Below are positions 9,226-19,395 of a DNA stretch of 59,908 nucleotides, in pieces. Each line of letters begins with the position of its first letter. Position 1 is the stretch's first letter. The notes beneath the pieces were generated by a model. It made no database searches and was not told the DNA's origin. It worked only from the letters and a program-made list of their open reading frames with translations. A program made the position numbers and the translations under genes. Source of the DNA: a virus (lineage: Duplodnaviria; Caudoviricetes); the IMG/VR virus record IMGVR_UViG_3300033141_003139, positions 1 through 59,908 of that record; one strand, written 5' to 3'.

Positions 9226-10365
9226 ATGCTAGGTTATGACTTAGGAATTTTCGATGCAGGTGTAAGGTCTACTTTTTGCAAGGAATTCATTGCCAGGGCC
9301 AGGAAAACGGTCTGGCAGGAAATCTGTACTGTAGTGCCTTCGGACAAGAAGACGGAAACGTATAAGATGTTGTCCAGCGTACCAGCGTTGGAACGTCTTA
9401 TGGATGAGGTTACTCTGCATAGTTTCAGCGAGTATGAATATGCATTGACTAATCTCACCTTCAAGACAGGGTTCGAGATTGAGAGGGACGTACTGGAATT
9501 CGACCAGACTGGTCAAACGCACACGTTCCCTGCTCAGCTTGGGTCCCGTTCAGCAAGTCACCCTGATAAGTACATTGCTGCATTGTTGAAGCATGGTGCA
9601 ACTAGTACGATTACTGAGGCTATTCGCAAGGACGGTATCGAGTCTACCAGCGGTTATGATGGTACCACTTTCTTTTCTACCAGTCATGCCCTGGCAGACG
9701 AGTCGCAACCCTCCAGTGGTAACTTGTTGACTGGAACCCTGAGCGCTGATGACTTGACTGCTCTTGGTTCTGTTGATGGAACTCATGGCGGAACTAAACT
9801 TGAGGAATGTTGCGCCCAGTTCACCAACGACTTGAACAATGCTATCGTGGCGATGGCTAATTTCAAGGACTCCCGTGGAGAGCCTTGGCATGAAAGCATC
9901 GAGCCTGAAAGTCTTGTGCTCATCTGTGGGCCTGAAATGGTTATGGTAGCCAGGGCGGTTATCGAAGGCATTACCAATGTATTCGGTGGCGGCGGAACCA
10001 ATCCGATGGTGAAATCGGTTGGTCGTATCATCGTAATGAACAGGGACATCGGCAACCGCACCGGTGATAACCCCAGGTATGGAACATTCTACCTGTGCAA
10101 GGTTGACACACCCGTGCGTCCGTTCCTGCTGCAATCGTTTACGCCGAAGACGATCGACCCGTCTGAATTCCCTGAAGTAGACCCGAACATTCTGACAGCA
10201 TTGGCGGGAACTACGATCGAAAGCAATCTGCCACGTGTCAATGGCCCAATGGACTCCCAGTTCATCTTGACCGAGAAGATTATCTGGGCTGTCCGGCGTA
10301 AGTATGCCATGGGCTATGGTATCTGGCAGAATTGTGTCAAGAGCGTAGGGCTGCCTCTGTCGTAG
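9226..10365 (+). CDS. Mu gpT-like major capsid protein
   Basis: VPSDKKTETY, LTNLTFKTGFEIER, YDGTTFFSTSH and C-terminal RYAMGYGIWQ-type motifs resemble Mu gpT. Confidence 0.85.
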   Translation: MLGYDLGIFDAGVRSTFCKEFIARARKTVWQEICTVVPSDKKTETYKMLSSVPALERLMDEVTLHSFSEYEYALTNLTFKTGFEIERDVLEFDQTGQTHTFPAQLGSRSASHPDKYIAALLKHGATSTITEAIRKDGIESTSGYDGTTFFSTSHALADESQPSSGNLLTGTLSADDLTALGSVDGTHGGTKLEECCAQFTNDLNNAIVAMANFKDSRGEPWHESIEPESLVLICGPEMVMVARAVIEGITNVFGGGGTNPMVKSVGRIIVMNRDIGNRTGDNPRYGTFYLCKVDTPVRPFLLQSFTPKTIDPSEFPEVDPNILTALAGTTIESNLPRVNGPMDSQFILTEKIIWAVRRKYAMGYGIWQNCVKSVGLPLS

Positions 10366-10377
10366 GGAGATACTTGA

Positions 10378-10851
10378 ATGTCGGCCTATCTGACCGTACG
10401 TGAACTTGACTTGATGTACGACAGAGAGATGATCTCCAGGCTGAGTTCAGAAGATGACAGGGGTGAGCGTGACATAGCAGTAATACAAGCTGCGATTACG
10501 AAGGCATCATCTATCGTTCGTGATACCTTGCGTGCCGTTTACAGCGATGCCACGTTGGCTGCTTCTGAGACTATCAAGGAAATAACCGGCAGACTTGCCA
10601 TGAAAGCATTATGGGGGAGGCGACTCGATCGTGGTCGTCTCCCTGATATTTTGCTTGAGCAAATCAAGGAAGCCATGACGTTCTTAGAGCTTCTCAAGAC
10701 TTCCAGGATGCACCTTGATGGTAATTATCCTACACCCTGGATTGGACCTGACTCGTTGAGTGAACCGAAAAACGTGTTTGCAGGGAGCGGGGCGTTTGAT
10801 GGCATGCCTGATATTGACCATGAATACAATAATGAAATAGGGGATAACTGA
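10378..10851 (+). CDS. Mu gp36-like head-tail adaptor
   Basis: AYLTVREL...IQAAITKASSIVRDTLRAVY pattern; follows MCP. Confidence 0.7.
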   Translation: MSAYLTVRELDLMYDREMISRLSSEDDRGERDIAVIQAAITKASSIVRDTLRAVYSDATLAASETIKEITGRLAMKALWGRRLDRGRLPDILLEQIKEAMTFLELLKTSRMHLDGNYPTPWIGPDSLSEPKNVFAGSGAFDGMPDIDHEYNNEIGDN

Positions 10852-11375
10852 TGGCACTCGCATATTTTCCTGGGTGCTTCAAGGTTACTTTTAACAGTAA
10901 AGATTTAGGAGCTACCCAGAATGGTGTAGAGATACATGAGACAGTTTTATGGTCTCCTATCAACGTAGACCACGAGGGTGGGACGGAGATAAACGCAATC
11001 TACGCTGGTAAGCGAGTAACCCTTTCTGTTATCATGATGCAGTATGATAAAGAAACCATTGAAGCTCTCTTCGTAGAGGGTGATGATGGAAATACTACCA
11101 GGGGGAAAATAGGGCCCATTGGACAGTTGGCTGTTGATGGTGATAACTCCCTGGCTAAGACTTTAGTACTCAACGAAATAATTGCAAGTACTCGTGCTAA
11201 CAAGGAGAAGGGTGTTCAAATAACTGCAAATAGGGCCGTTTTAGAGGGAGACACTGCCTTGTTACTTTCAACAACTGCTCCTTCCAGGCTGACGCTTACC
11301 TTTAAACTGCTACCGGATGATACACAGGATAATGAACGGGTTTACTATAAAGAAGAGGAAAATCCTGCTGAATAA
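10851..11375 (+). CDS. Major tail tube protein
   Basis: DLGATQNGVEI motif, beta-rich; upstream of the frameshifted chaperone. Confidence 0.65.
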   Translation: MALAYFPGCFKVTFNSKDLGATQNGVEIHETVLWSPINVDHEGGTEINAIYAGKRVTLSVIMMQYDKETIEALFVEGDDGNTTRGKIGPIGQLAVDGDNSLAKTLVLNEIIASTRANKEKGVQITANRAVLEGDTALLLSTTAPSRLTLTFKLLPDDTQDNERVYYKEEENPAE

Positions 11376-11385
11376 GGGAGAAATC

Positions 11386-11838
11386 ATGCCTGGTGAAGAT
11401 ACATTTGAAGTTGACCTTTCGACTGCTCCTGCCCCTGTAAAATTCAAACTTGTCCTGGAAGATGGAAGCTCACTTGAGTATGACCCAACCGTACTCCTGA
11501 TGAAATTCTACAGGTACATTCGCATACCAGAAATAGATCCTTCCCTCGATGATACCCAGGTAACAGCACTGGTTGAGAAGCACTTGAAAGAATTGGACCC
11601 AGGGGTCTTCCATCGTGCCATCAACTCCCTGTTCCCAGAACAAGTGGAAATGTCATTGGGTGTTTGCCAGGCAGTGTACAAAAAGATACTGGAAGCCGCT
11701 ACCGAAGATGACAGGCGATTAAAAAAAAATCGCTTCCTAGAGCAGAACTTTGCAGGTTCTACGGATGGAAACCAGAAGACCTTGAAAACATCGATCCAAT
11801 CACCCTCCGAGAGTTCTACAGATGTATCTCCATCCTGA
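11386..11838 (+). CDS. Tail assembly chaperone (gpG-like)
   Basis: ATG at 11386 after GGGAG; contains the A9 slippery run at 11721-11729. Confidence 0.7.
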   Translation: MPGEDTFEVDLSTAPAPVKFKLVLEDGSSLEYDPTVLLMKFYRYIRIPEIDPSLDDTQVTALVEKHLKELDPGVFHRAINSLFPEQVEMSLGVCQAVYKKILEAATEDDRRLKKNRFLEQNFAGSTDGNQKTLKTSIQSPSESSTDVSPS

Positions 11839-12005
11839 AAGCACGGGAGCAGCTGGACCTGGCTATAGTCATGATGGCTGCAAAAGAAGGCCACCTGGAA
11901 CCCTTGATAAAAGGCACGGAATATCCTCACAAGGAACATTACCTATGGCAAGCCAGGCGTTTAAGACGGAAGAAATCAGATGAGTTTTACCAGTACGACG
12001 TTTGA
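11721..12005 (+). other. Programmed -1 frameshift extension (gpGT-like)
   Basis: The -1 frame is open to TGA at 12003-12005 and reads LCRFYGWKPEDLENIDPITLREF, typical of gpT extensions. Confidence 0.75.
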
Positions 12006-13401
12006 TACGTTTTGGGAAAGATTAGGCAGGCTGGTCTATCTTGTCACGGCTCTGGACAAGATAGAGGAAACTACAACTAAACAAACAGGCGATATTTGTC
12101 AGGGTCTGCCTTACCTAGAAGATATAGCAAAGGACCCCTTTGAAGAAGATACCGATGAATGGGTTGAAGCTTATGGTAAAGCTCAAGCCGAAATTGAGAA
12201 CTTGACTAATGCCTTTCGTGCTGGGCGAAACTCCCTCGTGTCATTGAAACGTGCCGTTAAATCGTCGATTGATCGACTCATGTCTGATGCCGTTCAAGCA
12301 TGGGATTATCCTGATCCCAGTCCCGTCAACCAATGGTCTTACCTGACGAAAGAAATGCTTGCCGCCGATCCGAACGAATTGCTGGTAGCTAACGACGCCA
12401 AGGTCAACGTAGCAGGAGGTGGTGCTGCTTACGAAGGTAAAGGGCAGGATTCTGGAGCTAAGACTACACAGGACGGCTACATCATAGCGTCTACTATCAG
12501 GCCTCATTCAGATGGGACAAGTAAACTAACGGAACTTCCCATCGCTGAAACCATGAAGGTAACATGTACCAAGGATGTATTCGGTGGGGCGACAGCTGGT
12601 AGTGAACGCTTCACGATAAGAGGTACTCCCAAGCTGCCGTCGGTTTACCATGGCGGAACAAGAGGTTCTGGAGCAGGGCCCAGTTTTACAGTAATCCATG
12701 GAGCAGGAACCAATGAGATTACTAACGGGGATTGCGAAAACTGGACTAGCAGCGCTTTGGATGGTTGGACAGCTGTTGATGGTGCCTTCGGAACGGAAAT
12801 AACACAATATTCAACGACTTCCTTTTTGTCGACTAACGTCGTCAAGATGACGGCTGCATCGGCTGCGGACACGTTATCTATCAAGCAGGATCTTACTAAC
12901 CTTACTGCGAATACTGTTTATGGCGTGGGGTTATGGACATACTGGAACATTTCCTCTGATGATGGCACCAACACGCTGGAGATAACGTTACATGATGGCG
13001 ATGACAACGAGGTAGGCACTACCGACCTGGCAGTAGCAGATGGTAATAAGCTCACGCTTACTACTGCTGCCGAAGCTACCTGGACTTTCCATGGTTTCAT
13101 GTTTGCAACACCAGATACGATAACAGGCACACCCTACCTGAAGATCGAAGCAAAAATGAATGCTACCAGCGACCTGATACTGATAGATAATATCGCCATG
13201 GGTAAGGCTACCGAACATAACCACGTGCAGTTTGCTGCATTTCGTGGGAACGTCGATTTCGTGCTTGATGATGAAGTCACAGTAGTTGTTACCAATAACA
13301 ATACCAGCATCATGCAAACGCAAATTGGAAGATTGTATGACGTGCAATTACCTTCAGGTACACCCGTAACGGTTCCAAACTCCTTGAGCGAGATTCCATA
13401 G
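11980..13401 (+). CDS. Virion protein with a helical N-terminus and a carbohydrate-binding-like beta-sandwich
   Basis: NEITNGDCENWT...GWT resembles the start of CBM4/9-like modules; T/D-rich. Confidence 0.6.
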   Translation: MSFTSTTFDTFWERLGRLVYLVTALDKIEETTTKQTGDICQGLPYLEDIAKDPFEEDTDEWVEAYGKAQAEIENLTNAFRAGRNSLVSLKRAVKSSIDRLMSDAVQAWDYPDPSPVNQWSYLTKEMLAADPNELLVANDAKVNVAGGGAAYEGKGQDSGAKTTQDGYIIASTIRPHSDGTSKLTELPIAETMKVTCTKDVFGGATAGSERFTIRGTPKLPSVYHGGTRGSGAGPSFTVIHGAGTNEITNGDCENWTSSALDGWTAVDGAFGTEITQYSTTSFLSTNVVKMTAASAADTLSIKQDLTNLTANTVYGVGLWTYWNISSDDGTNTLEITLHDGDDNEVGTTDLAVADGNKLTLTTAAEATWTFHGFMFATPDTITGTPYLKIEAKMNATSDLILIDNIAMGKATEHNHVQFAAFRGNVDFVLDDEVTVVVTNNNTSIMQTQIGRLYDVQLPSGTPVTVPNSLSEIP

Positions 13402-13853
13402 TGCGTTACTCATTGTTAAAACAAGCAGTCAAAGAACTACGTGAAAGCACGTACGTAACATTGTCTCGTGATATGTGTTATGCTGTACCTTCACCCGTGA
13501 CCATGCCTGAGATGCCGGAATTTGCAGTACAGGTATGGGACAACGGTACGCGCTGGACTGACATCGCAGGCGGTTCGATCAGTGAACAAATCTCGCTGGG
13601 AATAGCAGTATACTCCAGGCAACCGATGGATCGCACCGGTCACAGGGCTCTTACTGAAGACTTGCTTGACAAGTACAGGGGTGTACTGAGAACACTATAC
13701 TTGTCTACACTGGATGACGCCTTGACGGTTCCCTTAGTTCCAGTCACCGAAAGTTCCGTTGATCGCATGGAAGCCAGCGAGATAACACATTTACGTAAAA
13801 CCATGATCTTCGCTGGTCAAATTTGGATGGATACTGATAGTATAACCTGGTAG
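13401..13853 (+). CDS. Putative tail terminator/completion protein
   Basis: Size, position and alpha/beta pattern; GTG start overlaps the upstream stop. Confidence 0.5.
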   Translation: MRYSLLKQAVKELRESTYVTLSRDMCYAVPSPVTMPEMPEFAVQVWDNGTRWTDIAGGSISEQISLGIAVYSRQPMDRTGHRALTEDLLDKYRGVLRTLYLSTLDDALTVPLVPVTESSVDRMEASEITHLRKTMIFAGQIWMDTDSITW

Positions 13854-13861
13854 ATTCAACG

Positions 13862-14791
13862 ATGCCCAATGGCGATTATACGTATCATATAGGCAGGGGC
13901 TTCGAGGAAATGCGACCTGGCGTATTGTCTGAGGTTGCTGGCATTCCTGGACGAGCCTTGCGCGGAACAGTAGGAGGAGTAGGAACAGGAGTTGTAACAG
14001 GGGCTGTTACTGGCGTATTATTTGGTGGCCCAGCGGGAATGGCTGTTGGGGCTGTTACTGGAGGAGCAGCATTACTGGTAAAGGCTTTCAAAGGCCTTAC
14101 TGAAACAACTCGCAGGTTGACCAGTACCGTCCTGAGATTCTCAAGGACTTTCGAGGATATAAATCCTGTTTTTGCCAGGGTCGCTGCTGACTTGGAACGA
14201 AATGCCGGTCGCATGCGGCGGAGAATAGCCCGCACGCTGGAGCCAACGTTACTGGCACAATCCCGTCTCGCAAAAGAGACTGCGAAGAGTTATGAACGTT
14301 TGGCCACGTTGTACAACAAACTACGAGCTAGAATAGAAGTGCCTGTCCTGGATGCTTTCACTGGTCTGGTCAAACGCATAAACAGGTTGTTCGGTGTTGA
14401 TCAACCGAACGTCAGGAATATAAATTATCTATTCGAGGCAATGCGTAGTATCCAGGGAGCAGTTGCTCGCCGTCATCAACAGCTTGTTGAAACTAATGCT
14501 CCTGGACTAGTAACACCTCGTCCACCGGAAGAAGCTGCCATCCAGGATATTGTTGTACGACGCCGGAGGAACGTTGAACCTAGTTTACCAGTCATGCCGG
14601 CAGAGGTAATACAGAGAAAAGCTACCAGGCGCTTTGAGGGAGGTGCTCCAGGTGGAGTAAACGTTCATGCAGAATTTTACCTGGATGACAGCGAGTTGCA
14701 ACGTAAGATGAGCCAACTGGCAAGGAAAGTCGAAAAAGAGATATGGCTTAATCGTTTTGCCAGCTTGAATGGGAATCTTGTAAGGCCGTAA
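13862..14791 (+). CDS. Putative short tape measure protein
   Basis: Gly-rich hydrophobic stretch (GGVGTGVVTGAVTG..GGPAGMAVG) followed by helical coils; position in the tail module. Confidence 0.5.
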   Translation: MPNGDYTYHIGRGFEEMRPGVLSEVAGIPGRALRGTVGGVGTGVVTGAVTGVLFGGPAGMAVGAVTGGAALLVKAFKGLTETTRRLTSTVLRFSRTFEDINPVFARVAADLERNAGRMRRRIARTLEPTLLAQSRLAKETAKSYERLATLYNKLRARIEVPVLDAFTGLVKRINRLFGVDQPNVRNINYLFEAMRSIQGAVARRHQQLVETNAPGLVTPRPPEEAAIQDIVVRRRRNVEPSLPVMPAEVIQRKATRRFEGGAPGGVNVHAEFYLDDSELQRKMSQLARKVEKEIWLNRFASLNGNLVRP

Positions 14792-14810
14792 ACAGCGGAG
14801 ATATTTCCAG

Positions 14811-16454
14811 GTGGCTGTAACCGAGACCAAGCTGACGTATAATGACGTTACCCTCAATCGTGTCAGGGTTACGATTGATTGGATGCCTGTACGCAAGGGT
14901 GGCAGGGATACGCCTTATGATAGCAATGAACGTTGGGACGAGAGTGTCTTGCGGTTTCGTATTATGGCGGATGGCTATCTGATCGCATCATCACAGGAGA
15001 CGTTTCAGGCGTCACTAAGATCTCTTGCCCAACATGGGGGATCAGGCCTGGAAGTACTTCAGACTGTCTCAGGTGAAGACCAGAAACTTTTCCCCAGTGT
15101 AAACGACGGGGATATTTCCAGCACTGACCTTACCGGTGGCCCTTACGTGGAGACATGTGAAGTTTCCCAGTTCTTTAACGAAAAGGTAGCTCGGATAAGA
15201 TGGGCGTGTACTACTGATCGCATCAGGGGTTCTAATGCTCTTGCCCAGAATGAACCGTTACGTCATATTTATACCGTCAATCATACCGTTGATTTGAATG
15301 GGCGAGTAGTAAGAACTATCAATGGGACAATTGAATTTCAACATAACGTAGCAGTCGATGCTGACGCCACGTTCCGGCCAAACTTAGATGCTTATAAAGT
15401 ATGCCCAAGGCTTCAGAATTTTGAACGTACATACAGCACGCAATTGGGACCATACGGTCGTATCCTCAATTACACGATAACTGATACACAAGTAAGGTTC
15501 CATTGGCCTGGCTACGTTACGGATGGCAACATTCACTATAGGATTATATTTGTTGGGGACCCATCTAATGCTGTGAAACTGCGTCGTGAACTCAGTGGCG
15601 CAGTAACTGCTCCATTCGGAGTAGGGATAACTGAGCATTATAATGCTATCATAGCCGTAATCGAGTCCAAGTTCGGGACTGCTTTCTCCAGCCCGTCTAA
15701 TTCCAAGATACTCTGGAAGCATTTTTCACTAGATGAAGTAGTCGAGACCAATACATTGAGTTTTCGTATAGCCTGCGAGGAGACGCTTGCAGACAGGCCG
15801 TCTACCAAGGAATACCAGGACATACTGTTGTCACGTGGCCTTGGTAACACACCCGATCCAGGTTGGTCTTTCAGGCTGGGAGCACTAGGAGCTACCAACG
15901 TTTCTGGGCGATGTGGTGATGGTAAATCTTATGGTGGTTCTTCTGCTGGCGACAGGCAAGGTGTTTATGATACAGAAGAGGTCAAGTGGGGTTATGGAGG
16001 AGCAGACAGCAAGATAGGAGAAGTAGCCGATAATTCCAATTCTGATGACCAGAACAAGGAAGACGACTACATTACTTACGTTAATGAATTCAGTTACATG
16101 ATCAAGACTGGTTATCGACGAATGGTTACTCTTGGAGTTACCGATGATGTAATGTTGCGTTTACATGATCCAGTCATCTACCTGACAATGGATGGTTATG
16201 CTGAGCGTATTAACAACATGCCTGAACCTCCAGTAATACCAGACGGCTCACGTATCATAGAAAGCAAGCTGGAACCCAAGCTGGGTGAAATCGGTGCTCT
16301 TGGCGGACAACAGGTTTACCAGTTATCATGGAATATTATCGCTACTGATCCTTCATGGAAAGTAGATGATGCCGTCATTGCTGGTACCAAGACTGGATTT
16401 CCTGCCGATGAACAACACCTGGTGCCCATGGACAATATCAAGGATGCCTTCTGA
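14811..16454 (+). CDS. Putative distal tail/baseplate protein
   Basis: 547-aa beta-rich ORF after the TMP candidate. Confidence 0.55.
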   Translation: MAVTETKLTYNDVTLNRVRVTIDWMPVRKGGRDTPYDSNERWDESVLRFRIMADGYLIASSQETFQASLRSLAQHGGSGLEVLQTVSGEDQKLFPSVNDGDISSTDLTGGPYVETCEVSQFFNEKVARIRWACTTDRIRGSNALAQNEPLRHIYTVNHTVDLNGRVVRTINGTIEFQHNVAVDADATFRPNLDAYKVCPRLQNFERTYSTQLGPYGRILNYTITDTQVRFHWPGYVTDGNIHYRIIFVGDPSNAVKLRRELSGAVTAPFGVGITEHYNAIIAVIESKFGTAFSSPSNSKILWKHFSLDEVVETNTLSFRIACEETLADRPSTKEYQDILLSRGLGNTPDPGWSFRLGALGATNVSGRCGDGKSYGGSSAGDRQGVYDTEEVKWGYGGADSKIGEVADNSNSDDQNKEDDYITYVNEFSYMIKTGYRRMVTLGVTDDVMLRLHDPVIYLTMDGYAERINNMPEPPVIPDGSRIIESKLEPKLGEIGALGGQQVYQLSWNIIATDPSWKVDDAVIAGTKTGFPADEQHLVPMDNIKDAF

Positions 16455-18619
16455 TGAGTATTAGCGTTACCTATGGATACCCTGGTAACCCCTATCCCGT
16501 GTTGCTGGAATATGGTACTCGTATTTACCTGTCTGAAGGGGCATTCCCTGCGGTTATAACATGTCACGTTGATGGAGACACACTTGATAAGTTGCTTGCC
16601 TGCATGTCAGATGGAGCAGGTCATTATGGCACGTTCAAGGTCGAGGGTAACCCCGATAGTTTCACTTGGGATAACGTCTACTTGTGTGATTACACCCTCG
16701 TAGATGGTGCTACTGGAGCCATAGAAACGGGAGGCAAGATATATAAGCTCACGTTGATGGATGAACGTTCCGCTTGGATGGTTGAACACCTGGATTCAGA
16801 TTGGGTTGTCAACTTCATCAGTCCAAACAGGATTTCAGATGGGCCTGAAGGAGTTCTCTACAATGCAATTGGCAGTACACTCGGTGAGCTTATAGATGGT
16901 TTACGGACTGCTTTCCCAAGCTTCAACATCCCAGACACTGCTATTACACAACTGGCTCCAGTAAACCTATGCATGGTTGGAATGAACGTGCTCGAAGCCT
17001 GGCAGCTTATACTCGATTTATCATTTGGAACTGCTGGTGAAGGTCAAACCATATTATGGAACCCAAAGACTGGTTCCGCTGAAATTACTGCCAGGTATTT
17101 GACAGCAATAGATACTGATGACTTTCTTGAAGGTGAAGCTGGTGAACGATACCTGCGTGATTATTTACAGGACATGTCACAGACAACTTACCTGGAAGAC
17201 GTTAGAATACCAGCGACCGTAAGAACGCTAGTACCCGTAGTCGAGCCTTACATGATTGTTAAGGCAAGCGAAGACGCACAGGAATCGGTACACGGAGTAG
17301 TAGCTGATCCTGGTGGTCCACTTGCTACTGATGACAGGCGGTGGATATATTTCGACAATTCAGTTACCATCGTTGATAACACAGGCGCAGGCACAGCCAG
17401 GGTTTTTTGTACTGATGCTGTTGCTTATTACTATACTGATTTCGCCTCTTCGCCTGGCGTTTATCTCAAGTCCTGTCCTGCTGATATTGATGAGATAGAA
17501 GATGTTTGCAGTTATCGTGCCAACCAGTACGTTTACCAACTTGCTCATCCCAGCTTGATGGCTAAGCTGGCAGGTATTCATGACCTGGATCTTAATGCAA
17601 ACAGACGGGCCATCCTGTGGGAAATTGATGACGAAGGAGCAACCACTACTTATGCGACTAAGCCGTCGCTAATTATACCTGGATTCGCAAAAATCCCGCA
17701 ACGAACTTTACTTTCAGGAGATAATTTCTTTTCAGCTGAATATGATAAGGTTAGCCAGCGTATAGGTATGATCCGACGTACCGCTCTTGATAACGTGTAC
17801 TCAGCTGTAATCACTAGTGTTGGAGGAACTCCATCGAACTATACCTATAGGGTCAAAATGATTGCGGCTCCCTATGATGATACACATTTCCCAGATAGGC
17901 TCTTAAGTCCTATAAATAGCCTTGCTGACTGGGATATAACTGCTACTGTTACTCCTGCTTCCGTCGGCGATCCATGTCTGGTAGTTGTGCATGACATAAA
18001 CGACATCGACTTGATACAACTGACTGAAAAAATAGCCACCACAACTGGTGATTCCCCAATAAAATGGGCAATAGCTACAGCTGATTGGGTAAACGTCGAA
18101 CCAGGAACCGAGCATAATGCCTGTTACGTTCCGTGCAATCCTTGTGATGACAGGAAAGGCACTAATCCTGATACAGGTACTAATTTCAATGTATATCTAC
18201 CACGTACAGGTGACCAAGACCCCAACGTAAGAGGACCTTCGCCAGGCCCTGCTGATGTTATAGGCTACATTATCAACGGCGAGGGAGACCGCATTTGCGT
18301 GACTGATTATCTTGATGATAAGATAGGCACTATTAAGATGTGGAATGTTGGTGATGATGATGGTCCTACTGGAATACCTCGGGGCTGGGAGGAGCTGACT
18401 TATCTCAGAGGCAGATTCCCCGCAGGGCACTTCCAGGGAGATGACGATTTCGGTACAAAAGGAGGGACGGGTGGGGACAAGAGTCACTCCCATTCTATTA
18501 TTACTGTTCTCCCTACCGCAATACAAGCGGCTCAGGAATATGAAGATGAAATAGGTACTGACACTCAGAAGCATTTACCTCCCTTCTATACGCTCTTCTT
18601 CATTATCAGGGTAAATTAG
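16454..18619 (+). CDS. Tail tip/hub protein with a C-terminal collar-like domain
   Basis: C-terminal IGTIKMW..IPRGW..LRGRFPAG..GGTGG..HSH..HLPPFYTLFFII is a tail collar/fibre signature. Confidence 0.7.
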   Translation: MSISVTYGYPGNPYPVLLEYGTRIYLSEGAFPAVITCHVDGDTLDKLLACMSDGAGHYGTFKVEGNPDSFTWDNVYLCDYTLVDGATGAIETGGKIYKLTLMDERSAWMVEHLDSDWVVNFISPNRISDGPEGVLYNAIGSTLGELIDGLRTAFPSFNIPDTAITQLAPVNLCMVGMNVLEAWQLILDLSFGTAGEGQTILWNPKTGSAEITARYLTAIDTDDFLEGEAGERYLRDYLQDMSQTTYLEDVRIPATVRTLVPVVEPYMIVKASEDAQESVHGVVADPGGPLATDDRRWIYFDNSVTIVDNTGAGTARVFCTDAVAYYYTDFASSPGVYLKSCPADIDEIEDVCSYRANQYVYQLAHPSLMAKLAGIHDLDLNANRRAILWEIDDEGATTTYATKPSLIIPGFAKIPQRTLLSGDNFFSAEYDKVSQRIGMIRRTALDNVYSAVITSVGGTPSNYTYRVKMIAAPYDDTHFPDRLLSPINSLADWDITATVTPASVGDPCLVVVHDINDIDLIQLTEKIATTTGDSPIKWAIATADWVNVEPGTEHNACYVPCNPCDDRKGTNPDTGTNFNVYLPRTGDQDPNVRGPSPGPADVIGYIINGEGDRICVTDYLDDKIGTIKMWNVGDDDGPTGIPRGWEELTYLRGRFPAGHFQGDDDFGTKGGTGGDKSHSHSIITVLPTAIQAAQEYEDEIGTDTQKHLPPFYTLFFIIRVN

Positions 18620-18643
18620 TGAAAATAGCACGCTTTTTACAGC

Positions 18644-18672
18644 TCGACAGACAATAGGCCACCCTTTATAGT
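18644..18672 (+). promoter_or_regulatory. Possible sigma70-like promoter
   Basis: TCGACA-17nt-TATAGT. Confidence 0.4.
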
Positions 18673-18763
18673 GTTAGCCTTTATTCAACGGATAGATTAG
18701 ATATAATTACCAGGCAACATGTTACTCTGCTCTCAGGCTGCTGGAAGTCGGGCCTGAAGCACT

Positions 18764-18802
18764 GATCCTCCTGGCCTTCTCCCTCCAGGAGGATCTTATT
18801 TT
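18764..18802 (+). terminator. Intrinsic terminator after the structural operon
   Basis: GATCCTCCTGG/CCAGGAGGATC 11-bp stem followed by TTATTTT. Confidence 0.7.
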
Positions 18803-18950
18803 GCTTGAAAATAATCGTAAAATAATGCAAAAAAACTATAAAATAACCGCAAAAACGCCTTATTCCTGTATTATTACAGAGAGGCAGGTTTTATTGGAGC
18901 ATTCGCACCATACCTGGCTTTCATAGGCTCATGAACATGAGGAGACCAGC

Positions 18951-19181
18951 ATGAGCAAGAATGAAAATGGCAGTGACGTAGTGACAGATGCCGAGAGAAC
19001 GCAAAAGCGTGGCAAATTTCTTGATGCCCTTAAGTGGCATGCCAGTATGCACCTCCAGGAAGTGGCGTATGGGTTTTTCTTCGCTGCGGGGATGCTAGCA
19101 CTGAACGTCCTCGTTGGAGGGATAGCAGGTAAACCAAAGAGGCTGACAAGGCCTCCCCAGGATGATGGTCCTGGGGCATGA
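18951..19181 (+). CDS. Small membrane protein
   Basis: GAGGAG RBS; one hydrophobic segment; followed by its own terminator. Confidence 0.65.
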   Translation: MSKNENGSDVVTDAERTQKRGKFLDALKWHASMHLQEVAYGFFFAAGMLALNVLVGGIAGKPKRLTRPPQDDGPGA

Positions 19182-19191
19182 TTTCGGACAT

Positions 19192-19225
19192 AGGGGTAAC
19201 TCGATTATGAGTTGCCCCTTTTTTT
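19192..19225 (+). terminator. Intrinsic terminator
   Basis: AGGGGTAACTC/GAGTTGCCCCT stem plus T-run. Confidence 0.8.
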
Positions 19226-19395
19226 AGCAGCATAAGGAAAAACAAAATGTATGAGAGTTCAAAAAACATAAACCTTTGTGATGTTTGTGTATTGACCGCA
19301 GCCCAAGTTGTAACTACCTTGGCCACATTCGCTATATGTTATGGCATTGGCGAATTGCTCAATAGAGCATATAAGTGGACTAAAAATCGGGTAAA

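Noticed and set aside
16454-18619. Diversity-generating retroelement target
   Set aside because: No reverse transcriptase and no TR/VR repeat pair seen
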